Shown in pieces: positions 16,901-26,300 of a stretch of DNA of 64,000 nucleotides. Positions within the stretch are counted from its first letter, which is position 1; every line of letters starts with the position of its first letter. Under the pieces are notes generated by a model. That model made no database searches. It was given only the letters and a program-made list of their open reading frames with translations, and was not told where the DNA came from. The translations under genes and the position numbers were made by a program. The DNA is taken from positions 9,717 through 73,716 of the forward strand of contig VRUD01000001.1 of NCBI GenBank assembly GCA_019456305.1, read 5' to 3'. Origin of the DNA: Cytophagales bacterium. GTDB taxonomy: Bacteria; Bacteroidota; Bacteroidia; Cytophagales; VRUD01.

Positions 16901-19405
16901 TTCTACGTCAATACGGATAAAAAATCGGCCTCCATATCATTGCCGGTCAAAGAGGAATATTTACCCAATGCTTATGTGACTGCTACCTTGATCAAGCCGG
17001 TAACAGATGACGCCATACCATTGACAGTAGCCCACGGCTTTGTTCCTTTGTTTGCAGAAAAGCAGGTTCATAAATTGCCGGTAACGATCCATGCCGTTGA
17101 AAAATCGCGTTCAAAAAGAAAACAAAAGATATGCATTAAAAGCCTTCCCAAATCCAATATTGAGCTTACTGTAGCGGTTGTTGATGAAGGAATTCTCCAG
17201 ATCAAGAATTATCAGACTCCCGACCCCTATAAATTCTTTTTCCGCAAAAAGGCCCTGGAGGTTAATTCCTATGACATATACCCGAAATTATTCCCTGAGC
17301 TGAGGATCAGCAAAGAAAGCTACGGAGCCGGGGGCTATGACCTGGAAAAACGCGTCAACCCGCTGACCAGTAAAAGGGTGAAGCTGCTGGCGTTCTGGAG
17401 TGGTATTTTGAAAACGAACAGCAAAGGAGAGGCATGCTATACGATAGATATCCCCCAATTTTCCGGTGATCTGAGGATCATGGCTGCTGCCTGGAAAGAT
17501 AATGCTTTTGGGGCTGCTGACAAGCATATGAAAGTAGCAGACCCTGTAGTAGTAAGCGCTGCACTGCCAAGGTTTTTAAGTCCTGGTGACACGGTGCTGG
17601 TACCTGTAACGATCACGAATACAACAGCCAAAAATACCAGTGCAAAAGCAACAATCAGCGTGAAAGGCCCGCTAAAAATAATCGGTAAAAAAGAACAAAG
17701 CGTGAACCTGAAGGCAAACAGTGAACGCCAGGTACAATTTAAAGTTTTTTCAAAACGTGAGATCGGTGCAGGTGAAGTAAAAGTGATTGTAAATGCATTA
17801 AATGAAAAATTCACAGAAAAAATTGACATCACTGTCAGGCCGGCCGCTTCTTTATTGAAGTTGAGCGGATCGGGTCTTGTACCTGCAGGAAAAAGCCAGA
17901 CCATAGACCTGGGAAACGACTTCATTCCCTCCACCGTGGAAGCTAAGCTGATCATCAGCAAATCGCCTATGATACAATTTACGGAAGACCTGAATTACCT
18001 GCTGGGCTATCCGTATGGCTGCATAGAGCAAACGGTTTCCAAAGCATTTCCCCAGATCTATTTCCATGACCTTGTGAAGTCAATAGGAATTAAGAAAATG
18101 CAGCGTTCCAATCCGAACTATAATGTACAGGAAGCGATCCGCAAGATACAGACCATGCAGTTGTACGATGGCTCATTAGCTTATTGGCCGGGAGGCAGCA
18201 GGGCAAGCTGGTGGTCAACGGTGTACGCAGCGCATTTCCTGTATGAAGCCAAAAAGGCTGGTTTTGAATTAGACGCCAAAATATTAGACAGGATATACAG
18301 CTATCTTGAAAAAAAGGTAAAAAATAAAAAAACAGAAAAATACTATTATTATGATGAGAGTGGCGTCTATAGAAGTAAAAAGATCGCACCCAAAGAAATT
18401 TTTTATTCTTTATATGTATTAACGATGGCCGGCAAGCGTGATCTTTCTACTATGAATTATTATAAGTCGCGCACGGATCTGATGGCGCTTGATTCAAGGT
18501 ATATGCTGGCCTGCAGCTATTTGTTATCCGGAGATGCATCGGGCTATAGAATATTGTTACCAAAAAATTTTTCGGGCGAGATATCCAAGCCTGTATTCGG
18601 TGGAAGCTTTTATTCTTACATAAGAGACGAAGCGATTGCCTTGAATGCGCTGCTGGAAGCTGACCCGCAAAATGTACAGATAGGGATCATGGCAAGGCAT
18701 TTATCACAGCAAATGAAAAAGAGCAGGTATTTATCTACCCAGGAAAGGTCTTTTGCTGTTCTTGCCTTGGGTAAATTGGCTCAAATGGCAAGTAAACACA
18801 ATATCACGGCAGATGTGAAAGTTAAAGGAAAACAGGTTGCAGGTTTCAGTGGTGAAGATTTGCATTTAAGTAAAGGTATAAAAGGGCAAAAAGTTACCGT
18901 TGTTGCCAAAGGAGAAGGCAATCTTTATTATTTCTGGGAAGTTGAAGGCCTTAGTGCGAGCGGAGAATATAAACAGGAGGATAGCTTTATCAAAGTGAGA
19001 AAATCTTTTTACGACAGAAATGGCCGTATGATCACCAATAATAGTTTCAGGCAAAATGACCTGGTTGTGGTTAAATTAACCATTAACTCTTTGGATGGTT
19101 CTACCATAGACAATGTAGTGATCACAGACATGCTGCCCGCAGGGTTTGAGATCGAAAACCCGCGCATCAACACCATGCCCGACCTAAAGCTGCCAGCTAC
19201 AGCTTCGTACCCCGAACACTTTGACATAAGGGATGACAGGATCAATCTGTTTACTACCGTTAGAGGGACTGCCCGGAACTATTACTATGTGGTGAGAGCA
19301 GTTTCCAAAGGTGTTTTCCAGATGGGCCCTGTTGGAGCCGATGCGATGTATAACGGGGAGTATCATTCTTATCATGGGGCGGGAACGGTGAGAATTTACG
19401 AATGA
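13994..19405 (+). CDS. Alpha-2-macroglobulin family lipoprotein (thioester-containing)
   Basis: 1803 aa with lipobox LAAC|SGG. Thioester motif GCIEQ (CIEQ at 18020-18031) in GYPYGCIEQTVSKAFP. Large MG-domain-like beta-rich body and a C-terminal receptor-binding-like domain. Confidence 0.9.
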   Translation: MKNSIKNLAIAATMILAACSGGRLKVTDKNFAEEIELRQNLVFIFNKDLMPDSLCNLWNKTEYIKFTPPVLGKFQWTSPSELVFSPDLGFAASTEYKGEFTEKLLNFATKVNSLPSERIIPFHTPYLDLLGTDIFWAKTSGKIQARINLNFNYKVNHQELARLLHIKVDGKERDFIMNSSSIAHTIEVAVDEPADKKFDNLSLKIVIDKGLKCIESDWISKEKIELTTKIPDKGKFQITQVTTEHDGERGIIHVYTNQGVEDKNIRSRVTFQPYIAFKIEKLEYGFLVKGDFKTETTYELTISKDIKGIFGSRLGKDHEQFVVFGEVEPDIRFTAKKAIYLTGKGTKNVGIKIVNIPTVNVKIYKIYKNNILAFLKSSGAFNYHDDYYDDYYWYGSSNLGTWGDVVLDRDYKTKDLKKLNAASLLNLNFRDINQFKGIFVIEVSSKEDRWLKASQTVAISDVGLIVKETKNAILVFANSILTAEPLAGIDVGLVSSNNQFVYNLNTDNDGVAVFKDIRKKAAGFNIKMVTARDGEDFTYLHFRQSKVENSRYEVGGSRENPAGYQAFIYGDRNIYRPGETIHVNTIIRNEKWEPVGKIPIKLKLLLPNGKEYRLIKGKLNSQGAFETSIELSSSTVTGTYTLEVYSSNDVLLNSEYISVEEFMPDRIKVNVTLNNVVDGRVRPLHPGEDLEVSATALNLFGPPAANRNYEMEMVFNRKYFSPKGLRDYNFYISGTDNTSFDREYREGKTDENGVAIEEFHIPEVYENMGMLSGKVYVTVFDETGRPVNRINSFDVVTQDVFYGIKYFDTYVATNKALRIPLIAINNDGTVLQNIPARVQIIKRTWHTVIEKRRSGKYRYVSQKKEEVMEERMMDISGIKTYFAYKPTISGEYEVRISKQGTDSYVKQYFYAYGWGRTESTSFEVDKEGQVTIELDKDKYKVGDDAKILFKTPFSGKLLVTVERNKVFDHFYVNTDKKSASISLPVKEEYLPNAYVTATLIKPVTDDAIPLTVAHGFVPLFAEKQVHKLPVTIHAVEKSRSKRKQKICIKSLPKSNIELTVAVVDEGILQIKNYQTPDPYKFFFRKKALEVNSYDIYPKLFPELRISKESYGAGGYDLEKRVNPLTSKRVKLLAFWSGILKTNSKGEACYTIDIPQFSGDLRIMAAAWKDNAFGAADKHMKVADPVVVSAALPRFLSPGDTVLVPVTITNTTAKNTSAKATISVKGPLKIIGKKEQSVNLKANSERQVQFKVFSKREIGAGEVKVIVNALNEKFTEKIDITVRPAASLLKLSGSGLVPAGKSQTIDLGNDFIPSTVEAKLIISKSPMIQFTEDLNYLLGYPYGCIEQTVSKAFPQIYFHDLVKSIGIKKMQRSNPNYNVQEAIRKIQTMQLYDGSLAYWPGGSRASWWSTVYAAHFLYEAKKAGFELDAKILDRIYSYLEKKVKNKKTEKYYYYDESGVYRSKKIAPKEIFYSLYVLTMAGKRDLSTMNYYKSRTDLMALDSRYMLACSYLLSGDASGYRILLPKNFSGEISKPVFGGSFYSYIRDEAIALNALLEADPQNVQIGIMARHLSQQMKKSRYLSTQERSFAVLALGKLAQMASKHNITADVKVKGKQVAGFSGEDLHLSKGIKGQKVTVVAKGEGNLYYFWEVEGLSASGEYKQEDSFIKVRKSFYDRNGRMITNNSFRQNDLVVVKLTINSLDGSTIDNVVITDMLPAGFEIENPRINTMPDLKLPATASYPEHFDIRDDRINLFTTVRGTARNYYYVVRAVSKGVFQMGPVGADAMYNGEYHSYHGAGTVRIYE

Positions 19406-19427
19406 TGAATTACGATTACAGAAAGGT

Positions 19428-20069
19428 TTAAGGAATTTCTTCAAGCAGACTATGCTGGATCACATAATGTGTTAATTGAGAATTGTTCTTTAGGTTCATT
19501 TTTTCTAAAATGCGGGCACGAAAAGTACTGATCGTTTTTACACTTAAAAATAATTCTTCAGCAATCTGAGAATTTGTTTTACCAGCCCCGATCAAACGTA
19601 GAACCTCAAACTCTCTGTCGGATAACAGCTCATGGGGTGGTTTATCATGCTCCCTATTCAGTTCATAAACTAATTGTTCAACAATTTCATTGCTAATATA
19701 TTTCCTCCCCGTAGAAACAACCCTGATAGTTTCTATAATTTTGTCAAGCTCCATATCTTTTGAAAGATATGCTGAAGCACCCGCCTTAAGTGAACGAACG
19801 GCAAACAGATCTTCACCATGTATGCTAAACATTATAACATAAAGTTTAGGAAAGTCTTTTTTTAGTTGTTTCAGTATTTCTATACCATTTAATCCAGGCA
19901 TTAATATATCCAAAATAAGAATGTTAGGAGCCAAAGACTGCACTTTTTCTATTGCCTCCATTCCGTCTACTGCCTCTCCTATTACTTTCATATCGAATTG
20001 CTCTCCAATCATCTGCTTTAAACCTACACGTACAATAGTATGATCATCAGCTATTAATATCTTTATCAT
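19428..20069 (-). CDS. NarL/LuxR-family response regulator (REC + HTH)
   Basis: ILIADDH...DILMPGLNG receiver motifs and a C-terminal LSDREFEVLRLIGAGKTNSQIAEELFLSVKTISTFRARILEKM LuxR HTH. No kinase gene is adjacent. Confidence 0.9.
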   Translation of the reverse strand: MIKILIADDHTIVRVGLKQMIGEQFDMKVIGEAVDGMEAIEKVQSLAPNILILDILMPGLNGIEILKQLKKDFPKLYVIMFSIHGEDLFAVRSLKAGASAYLSKDMELDKIIETIRVVSTGRKYISNEIVEQLVYELNREHDKPPHELLSDREFEVLRLIGAGKTNSQIAEELFLSVKTISTFRARILEKMNLKNNSQLTHYVIQHSLLEEIP

Positions 20070-20355
20070 AAACAGACTATTTAAATATATAGTAATTTCT
20101 ATTATTTTATATTGAGTTTAAACTTTTAAATTCATTTTCAATTGCCACATTGGTTAACAATAATTTTATTAATGAGTTTTACTTATACTTATAAATATAG
20201 AAAAATGTTTCAATATTTAGATAATATTTAGAAAAAGTAGTATTTTTTATAGTAATAAAAATAGAAAAGTTGTATTTTTTATAGAAAAAAACCACTGTCA
20301 GACTTTTTTGTTGTTTTCTTTTTTTCTTTTGGGCTTTTTAATTAGATCAGAAATG

Positions 20356-20591
20356 TTATTTTCCAATATATCGTTGATCGCTGCCAACAGAATGTATAGC
20401 AGTGATTAATTCTTCTTTATCAGTATCTTTGACAAATATCCGGAAGTACCTGTATCAATAGCCTTTATAACGTATTCCCCTTTATTGTGAATTGACAAAA
20501 TCAATACTTTAGTCAAGGGATAATTTTTGCTTATAGTTTTAGTAAGCTCTATTCCTGAAATTACAGGTATAGAAATATCACTAATTAATAC
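20356..20591 (-). pseudogene. Truncated, frameshifted second NarL-type receiver domain
   Basis: The - strand reads VLISDISIPVISGIELTKTISKNYPLTKVLILSIHNKGEYVIKAIDTGTSGYLSK. After a frameshift near 20425-20430 it continues DTDKEELITAIHSVGSDQRYIG. The first ~50 aa and the HTH are absent. It parallels the intact regulator residue for residue. Confidence 0.55.
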
Positions 20592-22504
20592 TTAACTAAT
20601 TTTGATCGAATGCTATTATTAGTCTCATTTTCCAACGCAATGAAATACATACCTTTTTGATAGCTCGAAACATTTATAACAATTTCATTAATTCCTTGCG
20701 TTGTTTCAAATGGATTATTCAACATAACTTCTCCATTCAGTTTATAAATTTTTAAAATTACTATTCCGGTAGCGTTAGAATTATAGGAAATGACTGCTAT
20801 TGCCTCAGTAGGATTAGGTTTCACATTTATAAGTTCAAATGATTCATTTGTTAATGTTACTGATACTATCTGAGAGTAGGAAAAATTACCATCAAAATCT
20901 GTCTGTTTAAGACGATAATAAGATATTCCATATAGAGGGTTTTCATCTCTGTAAGTATAATGCTGTTTAGTGTTGCTATTACCTGCCCCTTTAATTTCAG
21001 CGATGGATTCAAACGCTGCACTATTGTTACTTCTTTCGATCGTAAAGTAGTCATTATTTGTTTCCGTGTTAGTTTCCCATGTTAATAATACAGCATTGGG
21101 GTTGATGGTAGAACCAGAGAAAGAGAGCAGTTCTATCGGTAAGACTACATCCTTATTTAACGAGAGCACCCATACTGCTCCTCTACTGGTATTACCTGTA
21201 CCAGTTCCATCATCATCGCCATACGCACCTACAGCAATTTCAGGGAGACTGTCTCCATTCAGATCTCCGAGTGAGCCAACAGACCATCCCCAAAAATCAT
21301 CATTATTAAGAATGTCGGTAAAATTCCCCTGTGTAGAACTAATTTTTTGAAATGATTTTACACTACCGTCTGTATTTAAAAATAATACCCATACAGCACC
21401 CCTGTTATTTCCCCCATCATCATCTCCGAGAGTTCCTGCAAGGATATCGGTAACTCCATCTCCGTCCAGATCTCCGAGTGAGCTAATAGAATAACCCAAA
21501 AAATCATAATTATCCATGATCCCGGTAAAATTTCCCTGTGTATTGCTAATTTTTTGATGAGATTTTACCGTGCCGTCAGGATTCATAAATAATACCCAGA
21601 TTGCCCCCCTGTTATAACCGCCATCATCATCCTGGTAGGCTCCTATTATAATGTCTGTAACTCCATCTCCATCCAGATCTCCGATTGAGGCAACCGAGCT
21701 GCCGTAACTATCGGTATTATCAAGTATACCGGCAAAATTCCCCTGGGTATCACTGATTTTTTGATGTGATTTTACTGTTCCGTCTTGATTTAGAAATAAT
21801 ATCCAAACAGCGCCTCGGTTAGTGCCTCCATCGTCATCATTTTGTGCACCAACAGCAATATCAGTAATACCATCTCCATCCAGGTCTCCTAATGATGTAA
21901 CTGAATTTCCGAATAGATCTGTATCATCTAATGTTCCCGTGAATCCTCCTTTAGTATCACTGATCTTTTGATGTGATTTTACTGTACCGTTACTATTTAG
22001 AAATAATATCCAAACAGCTCCTCTGTCATTATTACCGCCAGGGCCGTCATCGTCAAACCTTGCGCCTGTTGCAATATCAGTAACTCCATCACCATCAAGG
22101 TCACCCAGTGAGGTAAGAGAACTTCCAAATCTGTCCGAGTTGTCTAAATTACCGGTAAAATTTCCCTTGGTATCACTGATTTTTTGATACGAGTTTACTG
22201 TTTTATCTGCGTTTAAAAATAGTATCCAAACAGCGCCTCTGTCATTGCCACCATCTTCATCGTCTAATGCTCCTATTGCAATATCGGTAATACCATCTCC
22301 ATCAAGGTCTCCTATTGAAGTGATAGAATAGCTAAAATGATCAGCAATATTTAGGGTACCTGAAAAATTTCCCTCAACAGCACTGATTTTCTGATAAGAG
22401 TTAACCGTACCGTGCTGAGCATAAGAATTAAAGATGAGCAGGACAAACGTAATGACCTGTAAGTACATCTTTTTTAAACCGGATTTGATCTTTGTTGTTT
22501 CCAT
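20585..22504 (-). CDS. FG-GAP/VCBS-repeat (7-blade propeller-like) secreted protein with T9SS C-terminal domain
   Basis: Seven repeats of GDLDGDGVTDI..DDDGG.NRGAVW(I/V)LFLN.DGTVKS.QKIS. The C-terminus (..YQKGMYFIALENETNNSIRSKLVKY) resembles a Por/T9SS sorting domain. Confidence 0.8.
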   Translation of the reverse strand: METTKIKSGLKKMYLQVITFVLLIFNSYAQHGTVNSYQKISAVEGNFSGTLNIADHFSYSITSIGDLDGDGITDIAIGALDDEDGGNDRGAVWILFLNADKTVNSYQKISDTKGNFTGNLDNSDRFGSSLTSLGDLDGDGVTDIATGARFDDDGPGGNNDRGAVWILFLNSNGTVKSHQKISDTKGGFTGTLDDTDLFGNSVTSLGDLDGDGITDIAVGAQNDDDGGTNRGAVWILFLNQDGTVKSHQKISDTQGNFAGILDNTDSYGSSVASIGDLDGDGVTDIIIGAYQDDDGGYNRGAIWVLFMNPDGTVKSHQKISNTQGNFTGIMDNYDFLGYSISSLGDLDGDGVTDILAGTLGDDDGGNNRGAVWVLFLNTDGSVKSFQKISSTQGNFTDILNNDDFWGWSVGSLGDLNGDSLPEIAVGAYGDDDGTGTGNTSRGAVWVLSLNKDVVLPIELLSFSGSTINPNAVLLTWETNTETNNDYFTIERSNNSAAFESIAEIKGAGNSNTKQHYTYRDENPLYGISYYRLKQTDFDGNFSYSQIVSVTLTNESFELINVKPNPTEAIAVISYNSNATGIVILKIYKLNGEVMLNNPFETTQGINEIVINVSSYQKGMYFIALENETNNSIRSKLVKY

Positions 22505-23370
22505 GATTAGTAGATTTTAGTTAATGTTAAATAATTTGTTTACGGAAAATTGTTTTGGCAGAAGGACTAAAACAGTCAGAGAGATTCTCTTTTTTTTGTG
22601 TAATTTAAATTGCCGGATTGTGTGATTTAAACTCTGATATTGTAGGATTTTGTTTTAATTTTTTGTAGGTTTTTATCCTACAATGATGATAAGAAAGATA
22701 TGTATAACAAGGATGAGAAGAAGCGTTTAGAGAAGTTTAAGCTTTAATCAGAAAAGTTTTAGAAGAGTTGTTAAAAGAGATGGTTGATCATGATTCTGGT
22801 TTCAGTGCTGTCAGGTGTTACCACCTGCCACCAAATCCTCATTGAACACTAAAATATTTTTTTACCGTATTTTAATTTTTTAAATTTTAATAAAATTAAC
22901 GGATCTACAAACGGTCATAAACAATAACCTGCCAAAATAATGTCTTATGATAAAAACATCTTTTAAAGCCATTTTTTATGATCAAATGCTTCCGTTTGAC
23001 AGCAACAAGTCATAATTCGCAGGTTTATTACGTACGCATATTTACGTATTTTCAAAATTACGTAAACTTTTTGTCAAAATAATCGTAATTTAATTTGTAT
23101 TTTAAAAACATTAATTTGTACTTTTAGGAAGATTTTTACTATTTGCATTTTTATCAAAGCTATTTGCATTCTATCAAAATGGAGTATTTAAGTTTTCTTA
23201 TGTGCCTGATATCATCCCAAGCTGCAAAATGCAGCTGTTTTTTTCTGAATAAAATTACCTGTCTGCGTCCCGGGCACTCGGGACAGGCAGGCAAGATCAG
23301 GAAATCTTCTGCTGATTATTCTTTTGGCGCATACGCATGGTATGGAGCAAAGGCCAAAGCGTTGAACGCC

Positions 23371-26300
23371 ATGCTCTATGCGCTATGCGCTATGCTCTTA
23401 CTCATCTCTACCACTTCGGTTAAAGCAGCAGTTCTAACTTCTATACAAACCGGCAATTGGACTGATGCTTCCACCTGGGATCTCGGCTATGTGCCTTTAG
23501 CCACTGATGATATAGTGATTGCAGCCGGCCATACGGTATCAATTCCAAATTCGGCAGGCAACCAAACCATTACCAATTTTACTATAAATACCGGAGGAAT
23601 TTTTAATAATAGTAATAAGAGAGTTATAGTGACAGGGAATTATACCAATAACGGCACCCATGCAGGCAGCATTGCAGCCAGAACCACTTTGAATACGCCA
23701 GGAGCTAGTGTAGATGGTATAGGAACCATACACTTTGGTGATTTTGTATTTGAAAACGGAGTTAAAACGATCTTATCAACCGCTAACCTTACCAAAGCAT
23801 TTGGCGATTTTGTGATTGGAAGCGGTGTTACCGTTACCAATAATGGTACCATTACTTCTGCTGAAAGATTGGATGGTGTGGATGCCACTACTTCTATATG
23901 GGTCAATGCAGTTGGTAGTACATTGAATTTTGGGGGTGATACCTTGCTGCCTGTTGGAGTATTAACCGCATCAGCTCCAGGCAATACGATTAATTACTAT
24001 AGCTCAGGTGACCAGCCAATAAAAATACCAACTGCCAACACCTATTACAATCTTTCCTTATCAGGGACAGGTATCAAAATCTTAATGGGTAATCTTATCA
24101 TAGCCGGTAATTTAGCCATTAACAGCGTTACTTTAGATGTTGATGTCACTAATAATTACAGCTTAAATATAGGTGGAGACTGGACAAACAGCGGAGTATT
24201 TGATGAACAATTAGGTACGGTTACTTTTGATGGTACTGCAGATCAAACAATTACAAATACCCTGGGAGAAACTTTTTATATTTTAAGAATTGATAAAACG
24301 GGCGGAAATTTGATCCTCAACGATAATATCACTGTCACCACAACACTTATTATGAACCAGGGTAATATTGTTACCGGTACAAATGTTATTACAGTTGGTA
24401 CCAGCATTGCGAATATCGGAGCGCTTGCTTACACTTCCGGAACCGTTGTTGGCCAATATAAAAAATGGGTAAATGCTATAGGTGTTGGCTACAATTTGCC
24501 GTTAGGTACAAGCGCTGATTACCGGCCTTTTAATTATACACTCACCAATTTGATGGGGGGAGGCGGTACCATTACCGGTGAGTTTATTTCATCTGCCCCT
24601 GGCAACAGTGGTTTGTCTTTAAGTGATGCAGGCGTTACAATTTACAATACTTTTGTAGAAGGATACTGGAGCTTAACAGGCGGTGATGGATTAAACACCA
24701 ACAGTTTTGATATTGAAGCTACCGGTAATGGTTTTACCAGCTTTACTATTGTTGCTTCTACCCGCTTATTAACGCGTGCCGATGCCGGAAGCCTCTGGAG
24801 CGCAGAAGGTACCCACGTTGCAGCAGTTGGCAATACTGCAAAACGTACCGGCACTTCCACCCTGCCAGCTCATTATGCCTTTGGTGATACCACAAATTGT
24901 ACAGGACCAGCTACATCAACGATTACAGGGCCTGACAGCGTATGTACCGATGTTACCGGTGTCCTTTATTATGTAACAGACAATCCGCCAAACTTTTATA
25001 GCTGGACAGTTACCGGAGGAACAAAGGTTTTAGATAATGGTGACAGCATCACTGTTGACTGGGGCTCTGCCGGTATGGTTGGAGATGTTACAGTGATTGA
25101 AACCAATACCTGTTCGGAGGGCGCTCCGGTCAGCCGTGCTGTAAATATTCATTCATTACCTACTTCTGTGATCACAGGTAAAGCAAACGTTGCTGCTTTT
25201 ACCACGGGTGTACCCTACTCTGTAACTGCAAGACCTGGTTATTCACCTTATACCTGGAGTGTAACAGGTGGTGGCACAATAGTATCCGGACAAGGTACAA
25301 ATAGTATTACAGTTGATTGGGGAGCTGCGGGTGCAGGTAATGTCAGCGTGGTTGCCAGCAGCGGGTGTGGTGATGCCCCCTCCGTTGGTCTTGATGTAAA
25401 TATTTATATAGTAATAAACAGCATCGTAAATGGTGCCTGGAACCTAACCGCTACGTGGGATTGCAATTGTGTTCCTGATTTTTTTGATAATATACGAATT
25501 CAGAATACGCATACCGTAACCCTGACCACAAATGAGGTAATAAATCATTTTGAAGTAGTAGCAGGAGGGGTCTTTGATGCTGCGGCTAAAAGGTTGGAAG
25601 TTACAGGCGATTTTAACTTAAATGGAGAATATAATGGTACTAATAACCTCACCTTAAGTGGTGCAGGTACAAACATTGATGGCGCCGGTAACATTTTCAA
25701 TACAGGAACATTGATAATATCAGGAGGGGCTAAAACTATATTATCAACGGCTGTGTTAACAAAATCTTCAGGAAGTTTTCAGATAGGCAGTGGTATTGCC
25801 GTTACAAATCAAGGAAATATTACACTTGGTGGTGATATTACAGGTGCAGCAAGCACAACAACCTGGGTAAATGATACACGCTCTACATTAAACATTGGTG
25901 GCATTATGTTAAGTACAGGAACGTTTTTTGCATCTGCTGCAAACAACTTAGTAAGTTATTATGGTGCTGTTGCTCAAAGTATAAAACTTCCAAATGCATC
26001 TACTTATCATGGTCTTTCAATTACAGGTTCGGGCATAAAAACCTTAACAGGCAATACCATCATAAATGGTGATGTGAATATCACAAGTACTTTTGATGTA
26101 GATGCTGCCAGCAATTATAGTATTGACATGCTGGGAAATTGGACCAATAGCGGAACTTTTAATGCTCAGATCGGCAAGGTAACTTTCAGAGGCTCTGCTG
26201 CACAATCAATTACAAACACCACTGGCGAATCCTTTTATGACCTGGTGATTAATAATAGCAGCGGGATCAATTTGGGCGGGCCTGTAACTGTAAACGATTC

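Noticed and set aside
17437-17961. A 174-aa antisense ORF inside the A2M gene. The same question applies to 26235-26882 inside the T9SS gene and to most other short ORFs nested in long genes.
   Set aside because: They are shadow ORFs opposite strongly supported long CDSs and show no independent motifs.
23143-23370. TTG-initiated extension of the large T9SS protein.
   Set aside because: It reads through a CCCGGGCACTCGGG hairpin (23259-23291) and GCGCATA/CTATGCG word arms. The signal-peptide-like start is at 23371.
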